From contig CM069139.1 in the NCBI GenBank assembly GCA_035221665.1, positions 37,572,001 to 37,636,000 on the forward strand: DNA of 64,000 nucleotides. The letters run 5' to 3'. The translations under genes were made by a program, and so were the position numbers. This document shows, one piece after another, positions 52,701 to 64,000 of this stretch. The notes under the pieces were generated by a model. That model made no database searches. It worked only from the letters and a program-made list of their open reading frames with translations, and was not told the DNA's origin. Every line of letters starts with the position of its first letter. Position 1 is the first letter of the stretch. Origin of the DNA: Okamejei kenojei (taxonomy: Eukaryota).

Positions 52701-53190
52701 CTTAGTATTAAGTCACAGATGAATCTTGCAGTATTAAGTCATATAAATTCTACCATATTAATTGTCACAGATGAATACCACAACATTCTTAAATACTACA
52801 CTAATAGTTAGAGATGAATCCTACAGTATTTATAGTCACAGATACACTATACTGTATCATTAGTCACAGATTAATAGTCATAGATGAATTTTGCATTATT
52901 AATAGATACAGTTGTATCCTAGTGTATTAATAGTCACAGCTGAATCCTGCAGCATTATTAACACTCACAAATGAATCCTAGAGTATTAATAAGCATGGAT
53001 GAATGTTCCAGTATTAATAGCCACAGATGAATCACGTAGTATTAATGGACATAGATGAATCCAAGTATTATAGTCATAGATGGATCCAAGTATTAATAGT
53101 CAGAGATGAATCTTACAATATTACTGGTCAAGTGAATCTGAGTAGTAATACAGAGATGAATCCTTCAGCATTGATAGTCCTGACTGATCC
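49800..53190. repeat. 28-bp minisatellite, type B units (GTATTAATAGTCACAGATGAATCCTACA), roughly 90-100 diverged units in two blocks
   Basis: GTATTAAT at 51361, 51389 and 51417 (period 28). Blocks at about 49800-51500 and 52200-53190, with degenerate continuation to about 53900. Confidence 0.92.
51535..51802 (+). mobile_element. Rex/Babar-like LINE 3' end inserted in the minisatellite
   Basis: SFFPEAIR-like remnant; AATAAA followed by a (CTTGA)n tail at about 51779-51802. Confidence 0.6.
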
Positions 53191-54019
53191 TGTAGCATTT
53201 CCAGATTGTTCCTAGAATACTTCAGGAGGCAGAATGATTTTAGTCTGTACACAGTCATTGATATTTCTTCCCCTGTACATTGTCACAGATAGATCCTACC
53301 TAGTACAAAGTTACAGCTAAATTCCATAGTAGAACAACATAAATCAATCCTACAGTATTCACTATCAAAGGTTGATTCTACACGATATGTAATTACAAAT
53401 TCTACACTATATGTAAACACAATTTTGATAACTGCTAATTGGTCCTAAACTATATATTGGTACCTCTTAATCCAACAATATTCACAGTCATGGATTAATC
53501 CTAAAGTACTCTGAACCTGAGCACTGTACTGTCATGGATTAATCCTGAAATAGACAGTCACAGATTGATTCTGAAGTATTCATTGTTGTAGACTGATCCT
53601 AAATTGTACAGTCAGACTGATTCCAGGCAATGTCACGTGCTGGTCCTCCAGTTTTCATGGACATGAACTGATCCAACCCTGTACAATGATGGTCGCTGAC
53701 TGATCTTTCACACTATACAGAAATAAATTAATATTACAGTATTTATTGTTGCACATTATTCTTATAATATATATGGTCACTGACTGATCCTTACAGAACT
53801 CATGGTAACAGATGAAATATGCAGCAGCAGCTTAATGCCACAGTGCACATTGTCATACACTGATTGTGAACATTCAGTCACAGATCGATGCTGCAAGATT
53901 CATTGATCTTCGAATGCGTAAAAACATATTCTCACAATATTCTTCTCACATCTTAATCCTGGAGTAGTCGTGGTCCTACTTTCATTGATAGACTGTTCAA
54001 CTTTCGAGATTGAAACAAC

Positions 54020-54340
54020 TCCAGATGCTGCTTTACAAAAAAAAAGAAAGCTGAGAAAAGAGGTGGGGGGGGGGGGGGGGCAAAGCCTGGCAAGTGATAG
54101 GTTGATACAGTTGAATGAAACCCTTGCATACTTGTATCCACCTATCATTTGCCAGACTTTGCCTCACCCCCCACCTTGTTTTCCTTTCTCCCCTCTACCC
54201 CCATTACAATGAATCTGAAGAAGGGTCACGAACCAAAACATCGACTATGCATGTCCTCCAGAGATGCTGCCTGACCCGCTCAGTTACTCCAGCAACAGAG
54301 TTCTATACAAAATTCCAGCATCTAAAGTTACTTGTGTATC
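54020..54340. mobile_element. Degenerate inverted PLE-terminus pair
   Basis: CAAAGCCTGGCAAGTGATAGGTTGATACA versus TGTATCCACCTATCATTTGCCAGACTTTG; decayed CTGAAGAAGGGTC core at about 54215. Confidence 0.65.
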
Positions 54341-55409
54341 CACGGATATATATTTTCCATATATTGTGTTCTTTTACTTTGCTGTTTTTCTTATTTTTAT
54401 AAATTAATCACTTTGAGATAACAATGTTGGATATAAATAAATGTACCTGCCAGAAGACAGGTTTTACTGTCATGAGATTTACTCTTGAATTATTATTGGT
54501 TGTTATCTTAGAGTCATTGCCATTACATTCTGTCACTTATGCCAACAGACACTGCATATCAACCGTTTAAATCTGACGGACATTTTGGCAAATGTTTCGG
54601 CAGTCAAAGTTGCAGTTAAAAGTAAAGCAATATCATGCAACACTGCCAATTTGTCTGTGCTTTCTGCCAAGTGAAGAGCCATTTTTGTGTCAGTCATCAG
54701 TCTGCCTTGTCTCGCTCTCCACGGCTGCGGCAGACTTTCTCAACTATCCCACCAAGTGTGACGCTGCCCATCAACTGCCCCTGTTGCCACTCCCCTATAA
54801 TTAGACAAAGTCAACACAGCAGTCATTCATTGTAAAGCCACAGTACCTGAAGCGTCAACAATTTCCAGTCCGAAGATTTAAAGAACATGGCTTCCTCCAT
54901 GAATGCATCAGCTACCGAAGTAAAACTGCAATTTACCCAACAAACTCTGATCAAACTGATAACCTGAACTTGTGCTTTCAGTTAGTCAAAATCTCCCGCT
55001 AAGAGGTAAGAGCTGCCACTCAGACAGCCTGTGCTCAGGAGCCAGTAACCATGCTTACTGGATCATTTGCTTGAGAATGTGCTGGCTCACATACAGAGCT
55101 TGCTGAAATGATGAAGAAAGTGCATGGGCCGCACTAGCTTGGCTGGGATGGTGGGGAATGTCAGACAGGACTGCTGGTACTCTGCATGCTATTTCTGAGT
55201 ATGTACACTTTGTGGCAAGTGATAGACACCCCCAATGGAACAAAAAGGTCCTGGGGGTGTAAGTAAGGATTCTAATAATGCGACCTGTCCAGGAAACCCA
55301 CTGTTTTGAAATGACAATTATAGATCCAGCTGTTTTTTTTATCAGTTTTACACTAATTAAAATCTTAAATAATACAAATACCTAAAATTCTAAATTACGC
55401 AAATTAGAC

Positions 55410-55645
55410 TCTGTGTGAGTGTGTGTGTGTGCGTAGTGTCTGTGTATGTGTGTACTTTTGTGTTTGTATGTGTGTGTAGTGTATGTGTGTAGTGTGTGTG
55501 AATGCACTGTGTGTGTGTGCGTGCGTGCTTTTGTGTTTGCATGTGTGTGTAGTGTGTAGTACGTGCGCATGTTTAAATGTTTATATACGTGTATGTGCAC
55601 TTTTATGTTTGTGTGTGTGTGTGTTTATGTGCGTTGTGTGTGAAT
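55410..55645. repeat. Imperfect (TG)n low-complexity tract
   Basis: Read directly. Confidence 0.85.
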
Positions 55646-57539
55646 GAATCATAGAGTCATACAGCTCATAAACATGCCCTTCAGCCCAACTTTCCCATGC
55701 CACTCTACACTAGTCCCACCTGCTCACGTTTGGCCTTTATCACTCTAAATCTTTCATTTCCATGCACCTATCCAAGTGTCATTTAAATGTCAATGTGTGC
55801 ACTTGTAAATTGTGCTGGTGTGTGAGTATGGGTGTGTGTGTGTGTGCAGTTTGTGTGTGTGTGCGCGCGCGGTGTGCATATGCGTGTGAATGAAGCTGAA
55901 GAACAACTTAAAAGTAATATCACACCAGCAATCAAATTTAGATTGTCTAATGCTTGCTCCTTGGCAATAGAATCCATTTCATCCCAGTGTACCACACATT
56001 TGTGAACTAACTATTATGTTATACCTTATTTGCCTCTAACATAATTTTTAAAAAAATCTTGATTAAAATGAGGCCAGGAGTAAAACAGAATTATCCAGAA
56101 TTCAGTTAAATACTAGATTTTTATTCTGATATAAATCATTGATGCAATCTAGTTATATTCACTAATGTTAATGCCTCTGAGGAGTTCTTAAAGGCAGTTA
56201 TTTTTCAGTGCAAACTATAGGCTTTTAATAGTTGCACCAACTGTAAAATTAATCATCATGCAAGTGATTATTTTTGTTGACTGATCACACCCCTGATAAC
56301 TGGATTCAGATGAAGATTGAAAGAAATCCTTTTTATTTATTCTGGTTTCGTGGAAAATCATGTGGCTTCTATTTATTTGACATCCCCGCTCTCCAACATG
56401 ATTTTGAGGATGGTGGCCTCACTATTAAGTCACTTTACAGCTTGGAATAGACTTAATGGAAACTATTCAAAATGCCTTTCCAAAACATCTGGCTTAAGCT
56501 ACGGGAGGAAATGTGGAAAATGTAGTGACTAATACAAAGTCCAATAATGGAGACTTGGAATGTAATCAGATGGATTGCTGACACTGCCTTATTCTTCTGT
56601 TATACACTGTAATGAAAGTCACAAACAGCCCGACTTCATGAACTATGCAATGCTCATTCTGAGCACAGAGCTATATGCAGCTTAACTACTTTTAGCAAGC
56701 TCCATAGCAACAGTAATACACATATAAAACAGCAAGAAGTAATTGGGACTTCATCCAGCAAGTACAAGATGGTCTTTAACAATGATCTCTTCTTGGCTTT
56801 TTCAAATGGGAAAATAAGCTAAATGCTGTAACATCGGCTTAATTGGGCTGGGAGTGCCATCTAATTCATTTAATGGTCATATAGTGATAATTAGTTCACG
56901 CACAAAGAAAACATTGCATCATCCCTTAATCTGAAACATCTTAATATGTGAATTTAAGATTAAAAACAAGTTTCTGTTTCAATTTATTTTACAAACTAGG
57001 GCAGAAAGGTACAAATTTCAAGTGAAATAATTTACATAAAGATTTTCACAAATCATGAAATGTATTTATTTCAGGAAAATATCATTCAGCTTTCGCTTTA
57101 TTGGAGTAGAACAGCTGTCTGGTTGATGCTATCATAATTGCATTGATGTATAATCCATCCTACATATGGTTTTTGCTTTATACTGTGACATATTGCTGAG
57201 CCTTCCTTCAAACGTATATACGTATGGCATCTGTTCCTTTGACATCACCAAGATCAATGTGGCAGGAATTCAAGGCAACATGAAAAGTTGCCTTTGCATA
57301 AGCTCGGCTCTTCAAGTCTTTATAGTTGACACTGGACCAAGCCACAGACAGATTTTGTTTTGTGGTATTCCTCATAAAATGGTTTACACTGGTGATACAG
57401 ATCATGATAGTGTGGAACCCAAAGCAATAATGAAAAGCATGATTCAGTTTAGTTTAGTTTCAGTTCAGACATACACCTTGGAAAAAGACCCTTCGGCCCA
57501 CTGAGTCCAGGCCGACCATTTCACACGAGTTTAGTTTCA

Positions 57540-57860
57540 GTTTTTGGTTTAGAGATACAGCATGGAAAGAGGCCTTTCGGCCCCTAGTCCACGCCATCTA
57601 TCATCACCAGTACACACTAGTTCCATGTTATTTTACTTTCTCATCCACTCCCTACACACTAGGGGCAATTTATTTAGGCCAATTAACATACAAACCCACA
57701 CGTCTTTGGGATGTGGGAGGAAACTGGAACATCTGGAGGAAACCCATGCGGTCACAGGGAGAATGTGCAAATTTCACACAGATAGCACCAACGATCAGGC
57801 TTGAACCTGGTCTACGGCACTATGAGGCAGTGACTCTACCAGCTGCGGTCTCTCTGTTGC
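57540..57860 (-). mobile_element. HE1-type V-SINE
   Basis: Reverse complement of the 45030-45330 pattern (GGGATGTGGGAGGAAACTGGA..CTGGAGGAAACCCA.GCGGTCACAGGGAGAA). Confidence 0.75.
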
Positions 57861-58449
57861 CTTTATTTAATTTATCATTCTTATTATTCATATTTCCTTT
57901 TGCAATCAGCAAACACAATGCCAAATGCTTTGATATGTTTAAATTAAGTTTTATGTCAGGTGGGAAATCCTTCAAAATGAAATGCAAAGAATAAGTATGT
58001 AGTTGGCGTGTGACATGTCAAATAACATAGCACGCAGCCAAGACATACATAGAGCATAGAACACAGAACAGTGCAGCCAGGAACAGATTATTTGGCCCAT
58101 AATGTCTGCGCTGAAAATGATGCCAAGATAAACTAATCTCCTCTGCCTGCACGTGATTCATATCCCTCCATTCCCAGCATCCGGGTGATACACAAACAAA
58201 AGGGGAAGGACAACATGTCATATATACTATTTTACAAAGATGTGTGTGTATATATATCATATATCTTCGGAATTTTCATTGCTGAGAATCCTATTCCAGT
58301 CATTCACTTACATTATTTACCAATGTCAACGAACAGCAGGATTTTACAATGTACAGTTTGTGAATGGTTTCCTAACACGACAGAAAAGATTACTTTTAAA
58401 TGAGAAATGCTATAATATTCATAGGCTATTATATGCTTCAATACAACAG

Positions 58450-58890
58450 GACTCGAGGGCCTGAACTGTGGTGAGAGGTTGGGCAGGCTCAGAGTTTATT
58501 CCTTGGAGCACAGGAGGCTGAGAGGTGATCTCATAGAGGTGTATAAAATCATGAGAGGAATAGATAAAGTGAATGCAAATAGTCTTTTATCCAGCATGGG
58601 GGAATCAAGAACCATAGGTTTAAGGTCATAGGGGAAAGATTTAACAGGAACCTGAAAGGCAACTTTTTCACACAGAGGGTGGCGGGTATATGGAATGAGC
58701 TGCCAGAGGATGTATTTGAGCCAGGTACAATAACAACATGTAAAATACATTTGGGCAGATACACAGATAGAAACAATTCAGAGAGATATGGGCAAAACGC
58801 AGGTAAATTGGACTAGCTTACACGGGACATTTTGGTCGGTATGGATGAGTCGAGCTGAATGAGCCAGTTCCTGTATTGTATGACTCTATA
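58450..58890 (+). mobile_element. CR1-type LINE 3' fragment
   Basis: GGAGGCTGAGAGGTGATCTCATAGAGGTGTATAAAATCATGAG and TTCACACAGAGGGTGG...TGGAATGAGCTGCC motifs. Confidence 0.8.
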
Positions 58891-59279
58891 CCTGTATGGC
58901 TATGTCAACAGATTTCAAAAAACAGTGACAAATAATCTACAGTGTAAATGTACAATTTAAAACGAGAGCATGTTAACTTTGAGTGGTGTATTCATTTAAC
59001 ATTTCAGTGATATGATACAGTCATTACCCCTTTCTCTGATTCCTCAATTCTCTGCCACAGTTACAATGACGGGTGATTTATGTTGAATTCTGTAAAAGGT
59101 TCCTCATACTTTGACCACGTTTGTGCACTGTTCCTCCTATTCTTTCAGAATGTGGCTGCACTTACAAAGTGTTGATTCTCTCCCCAGAGCCTTCTACCTA
59201 GAATACTTCTAGCTTGCACAGGGTATAATACAAATATTAATCTTCATATTTATTTTGTCATGGTTCGTATATCTAGGTG

Positions 59280-59500
59280 TGTAAAGCCATGAAGGGAATA
59301 AAGTGTAAGTTGTGAATGTACAGGATCTTTTTTCCCTAGGATGGGGGAACCAAGGACCAAACGGCATGGGGTTAAGTTAAGAGAGGAAAGATTTAATTGG
59401 AACGTGAGGGTCAGCTTTTTCACTCAGAGGGTGGTGGGTATAAGGAATGAGGTGCCAGAGGAAGTAGTTGAGGAAGGTACAATAACTACATTTAAAGGAC
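59280..59500 (+). mobile_element. CR1-type LINE fragment
   Basis: FFTQRVVGI.N..PEEVVE remnant. Confidence 0.65.
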
Positions 59501-59564
59501 TCCCAGCCTTTGTCCAGTTAGCCATGTAATTCTGCACTACCAGGACCGATCATAGAATTTATAT

Positions 59565-59686
59565 TTAAGAAGGAACTGCAGATGCTGGTAAAATCGAAGG
59601 TAGATAAAAATGCTGGAGAAACTCAGCGGGTGAGGCAGCATCTGTGGTGCGAAGGAATAGGTGACGTTTTAGGTCGAGACCCTTCT
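59565..59686 (-). mobile_element. PLE-terminus mini-element with a truncated hammerhead core
   Basis: Homologous to 562-683. Confidence 0.75.
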
Positions 59687-60609
59687 ATATTTGTCTCGCT
59701 GTTTTCTTTTCTTTGTCGATAATATAGGCAACGTTCTATTACTTTTATTTTTGGCAAATTGATATTAATTTTAGCAGGATTAAACATAGAATAGCAGACA
59801 AAACTAGCAGAAATTATTATGTTTTCTGGTTAAATGTTTCCCTTGTGAATGCCTGCATGGTTGGCCCTTATTACTTCTCACGTCAAGAGACGAACACTGA
59901 GAACTGACAGCAGAGTCAGTTTACGAGCTACGTAGGGAGCAGTATACTATCTGCAACAAACAATGCTTCAATTGGAGGCACTGTCGGCAGTGTCGATGGC
60001 CTTTCTGTAAGAGGTCCACTGCTCTGTCACTGTGCAGAATGATGAATCTTGATGGTTTTACGTATCCCATACGAAGCTTTGCACGTGACAACATTCAGAG
60101 TTAAAATCAATTGTCTATTAGATCCCGCATGCCACTGATTTATGGCTGAATCTTTTCATTCGAGATAATCATGGGAAGTGGCCCTTCAGCCCACCGAGTC
60201 CACACCAACCACTGTTCACATTAGTTTTATGTTATCTCACTTTCTTATTGACACCTACACATGAGGAACAATGTTACAGAGGCCAATTAACTTACAAACC
60301 TGCATATATTTGAGATGTGGGAGCTTTGTTTTGTGTGATATCCGGTCAATCATACCATGAGTATAATCATATACAAGTATATGAGTGGAATGATTGGAGT
60401 AGATAATGGTAGATCCTCTTCTGGGACTGCACACAAAAAGTCCAAAGCACCAGGACGAAACCCATGGCAGTCAAAGCTTTAACTTGAGTCTTTTAACATC
60501 AATGTTTTAAGGGAGTTCAATCTTGACTAAATATGTTGTTTATTTTCTTTTACTTTTTGACTTGTTTTTAATTTGAAGGCCATTGTCTTTTTTGTATTGT
60601 GTATATTAC

Positions 60610-60710
60610 CGCGGTCAAAGGGAGAATGTGCAAACTCCACGCAGACAGCACCTCAGGTCAGGATTGAACCTGGATCACTGATGCTGTGGGGCAGCAGCTC
60701 TACCATCCCT
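60610..60710 (-). mobile_element. HE1/V-SINE 5' fragment
   Basis: GGGAGAATGTGCAAACTCCACGCAGACAGCACC..AGGTCAGGATTGAACC. Confidence 0.6.
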
Positions 60711-61979
60711 AATTTATATCCACTGCAGTTATACATATGGTGACATAAGCCTATGCTCTTATTGTTCAGACAACAACACAGAAAAACAGTTCTTCGGAGC
60801 CCATTAATAGTATATCTGGATGTGAAATGGGTCAGAACAGCAGATAAATATATACTGTCAAAATGGTGCTCCTGGTATAGTTTCACTTTTTATGAAAGCT
60901 TGTGTAAGATTGCTTCCCCATCCTTTCTTCACCCTGATCCACATAATTCCTGAGGGTCATTTGCGGATGCAAACTCAGGTGCAGCCACATGTCAGATAAC
61001 TTCCTGGATTTCTTGTGAGCTGCACGGAAATCAGGAGACACGGCCACGGGGGTCAGCTGCCTAGCAAGGAACAACTTTCCTCCAGGTACGTTTATTATTG
61101 TCAAGTGTACTAAGATACAGTGTAAAGCTTTGTTGTGTGTGATATCCAGCCAAATCATAACATGAGTACAATCTTACATCAGTATAAGTGTTGAACGATC
61201 GTAGTGGTTTATGGTAGATCCTCTTATGAGACAGTACACATAAAGTGTGTGAAACCTGAGACCACCAGCACCTCCTCTTGAGGCGAGGGTGAATTGTAGG
61301 AAGAACCCTGAGATCGTCACTCCTCCTCCTTCGAAGACCAGGACTAAACTGCTGGGACAAGCCCGAGATCGCCAGCACATCGCACATGCGCTCTGACAGT
61401 GAGGTAGAGCGGCCCATGTGGTCCTGGATTTTCCTAAATACTGTAAATAAAATATATACGTGAATTCACCCTACTGCGAGTGTCAGTGTGGTCACTTCCA
61501 AACCCGGCATCATCCTCGCACCACAGTGTACAGTAAAAACGTTTAGAAGACATGGACAGGAGCACTGATAGGAAAAAATGTAGAGGGGTATGGGCCAAGC
61601 GTGGGCAGATGGGACTAGTTTGGATGGGGCATCATGGTCAGCATGGATGAGTTGGGCTGAAGGGCTTGTTTCCGTGCTGTATGACTCTATGATAATATGA
61701 TTATTAATTTTTGTTGATGCATCATAAGTATTTATTTGTTCGAGCCAGTAAAGTCTTTCATGCACAAATTGATAATTTTCAATTATGTTCACTGCCCTAT
61801 CCTCTTGAAAAAAAAATATATACTCTTCTGTATTCCTCTGTACAGATAAATTGAGCAATTTACATTGACATTATAACTAAAATTTGTGATTTTTTTGATG
61901 TGGGTCAGTTAATAATTTTAGTAGTTAACTCCCCATTGAAAAATCTTTACCTCAGCATTACTTTCAAATGAATATCCAA

Positions 61980-62320
61980 GAAAGCTTTTGACATGCTGGC
62001 CACCACTCATGGAATTGAGTATAGATGTTGGGACGTTATGTTTGCACAAGACATTGGTGAGGGCACACTAGGAGTATGGTGTTCAGTTTTGGTCATCCTG
62101 CTATAAGAAAGATTCCTTTAAACTGGAAACGGTACAGAGAAAATGTACTAGGATGTTGCCAGGCAGGTCTGAGCTATAGGGAGAGTTTAGGCAGGCTAGG
62201 ACTATATTCTTTGGAGCACGGAACACTGAGGATGATCTTACAGAAGGGTATAAATTCATGAGGGAAATAGATAGAATGAATGGACACTTTTAGCGTAGGG
62301 GAATTAAAAACTAGAGTCAA
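61980..62320 (+). mobile_element. Degenerate CR1-type LINE fragment
   Basis: GGAGTATGGTGTTCAGTTTTGGTC (LEY.VQFWS) and LSYRE.LGRLGLYSLE remnants. Confidence 0.7.
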
Positions 62321-62833
62321 TACTTTCCATGCTATATAATAGTAAGATTAAACGAGAACTTGCCAGTTTGAAGTTTCTTCATTTTATGAGGAGTTACAAT
62401 GAGGGATTACGTGAAGACGCCTGCCAGCCCGCATGCGCATCAACCTTCAAAGCAGCGGTATGAAAGCACAGAATGACAGTTGTTGAACTGAATATAGTAA
62501 GGTTCGAGAAACTAGAACTACCAGCTGACCTTTAAGAGGGTTGGGAGCGGAGGGCACGTAATCCCTCATCGTAACTCCTCATAAAATAAAGATCAAACTT
62601 CAAACTGGCAAGTTCTTGTTTAATCTTACTATTTTACTTTGGAGTCACGTGAGTGACCGTGAAGATTTTAAAGCTGTGTGATTTCATGCTGTGGACTCAA
62701 GTCCAAGCCACACACTGTATTGGTTGACCAAGGATGAGAGAATAATGCATTCAGACATGACAGATTTGTAAAACATGCTGATGCTTTTAATGGACAAATT
62801 ATAACAATAATGAACCCTCTCATCCAAGGGAAA

Positions 62834-63952
62834 TTATAAAACGGAACTTAAAATGGAGTTGGCAAACACCCCCAGTCTGGCGATAGGTTTATTATAGAAT
62901 GTCTGGAATGTGCGCTCCATGGGCCACCCTGCAGTTGCTAGGATATGGTCCAGCGGGACGTCCATAACCTTTGCTGCTGACGTAGATGCAGCCCTGGTGG
63001 AGTGAGATTTAAAAATGTCAGTATCTACTCCTGCATAAGTCAGAACCCATTTTACCCATCTGGAGATGGTCCGGACTGAAACCTTTTTGTGAGGTTTCTT
63101 GAAACTAACAAGTAGTGCTAGTTCCGAACCCCTGAGGCTCTTAGTGACCTGAATGTATTGTCGGATGTGTGTGACCACACATAACCGAAGGTCTAAGGGG
63201 TATGCCACAAAATGTAGTTAGAGGCCTGAAGTACCTGGTCCACTTTGCTTGACTAGGTCATGCACATAAAATGTGATACTATTAGCAGACTTAATCATGT
63301 TATCCAGCCACAGCTTATGTAACGACTGGACCCTTTGTGCTGACACCAGTGCCATGAGCATCACTACCTTGAAAGTGAGCTGGACCAGGGACAGAGATGT
63401 TGCCGGTGCCCATCTGCGAAGCAGTGTTAGTACCGTGCTAACGTCCCATATTTCTGAGTATCTGGGCCTGGGAGGATTTGAGTTGAAGACACCCTTCATA
63501 AATCTCGATATCAGAGGATGAGACCCATCAGAGTGGTGTCCTGACCCCAGCGATAAATATGCCGACAGTGCACTTCTAGCACAATTTAAAGCACTATAAC
63601 TCAACTTCTGATCAAAGTGCAGTTGAGAGAGGAACTCCAATACATTGGTTACATGTGTTAAAGAAGGAACTGCAGATGCTGGAGAAATCGAGGGTACACA
63701 AAATGCTGGAGAAACTCAGCGGGTGCAGCAGCATCTATGGAGCGAAGGAGATAGGTAACGTTTCGGGCCGAAACCCTTCTTCAGACTGATGAATTGGTTA
63801 CATGTGCTGTGTCGTACAACTGAAGAACCATTGGTTACATGTGCTGTGTCGTACAAAATATTAGATTGTGAACAGAACAATTCCCACTTCTTAATATAGG
63901 AAATGTACTGTTTTATCGTACTGTCTCTCCAGGCCACAGCGAGTACATCCAC
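62834..63952 (-). pseudogene. Disrupted tyrosine recombinase (phage-integrase family) ORF of the DIRS element
   Basis: N-terminal AWRDSTIKQY / LSYSALNCARSALS; catalytic R (SAQRVQ), HSTR, AGW and TFQTFY. In-frame TAA at 63218-63220 and a PLE insertion at about 63658-63830. Confidence 0.85.
63658..63790 (-). mobile_element. PLE-terminus mini-element with intact hammerhead core (63754-63787) inserted in the YR gene
   Basis: Differs from 562-693 at only a handful of positions; flanked by repeated target sequence ATTGGTTACATGTG. Confidence 0.85.
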
Positions 63953-64000
63953 TGTGTGATCAGATAATCCGAGTCCCCGGAAAGGTCTTCTCAGACTCTG

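Larger units (their letters stand above)
62338..64000 (-). mobile_element. DIRS-type tyrosine-recombinase retrotransposon, 3' part (runs off the window)
   Basis: Tyrosine recombinase remnant followed by an inverted repeat pair of about 76 bp (62338-62413 and 62555-62633), consistent with right terminus and internal complementary region. Confidence 0.8.

Noticed and set aside
46215-53190. CRISPR-like array (regular repeats of about 28 bp)
   Set aside because: Units are head-to-tail with no unique spacers, are highly diverged, have no cas genes nearby, and lie in a vertebrate genome.
60320-61260. Local duplication (60320-60450 versus 61125-61250)
   Set aside because: Better explained as two diverged copies of a dispersed LINE-tail-like repeat than as a functional duplication.
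62834-63640. Prophage or bacterial integrase (contamination or horizontal transfer)
   Set aside because: The motif pattern and adjacent inverted repeat fit a DIRS retrotransposon, and it is interrupted by a host-genome repeat.

Overview
Eukaryotic vertebrate genomic DNA, most likely an elasmobranch (skate, ray or shark), judged from HE1-type V-SINEs and CR1/HER1-type LINE tails. There is one protein-coding gene, otx2, on the minus strand. Its three coding exons (24129-24225, 23559-23710, 22283-22906) give a 290-aa K50 homeodomain protein with the SIWSPA motif and the duplicated Otx tail. The gene lies in a roughly 25-kb CpG-rich, transposon-poor domain (about 12.8-37.6 kb) with candidate upstream non-coding exons and promoters. 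The flanks are CpG-depleted and full of retroelement debris (CR1, Rex/Babar, HE1 SINE, a divergent CR1/L2-group LINE). Three things stand out. (1) About 20 dispersed pieces of a Penelope-like element (PLE) terminus; the best-preserved ones carry a minimal hammerhead-ribozyme core (CUGAAGA-A-stem II-GAAACGUH), and one is still attached to its GIY-YIG endonuclease. (2) A roughly 10-kb, 28-bp-period minisatellite domain (about 44-54 kb) whose variant units create about a dozen TAATCC Otx-type sites upstream of otx2. (3) The 3' part of a DIRS-type tyrosine-recombinase retrotransposon with its internal complementary region, itself disrupted by a PLE terminus. There is one 169-N assembly gap. Repeat boundaries were read by eye and are approximate; no database searches were run. 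I cannot demonstrate a wholly new biological system: the hammerhead-bearing mini-elements and the Otx-site minisatellite are the best candidates.
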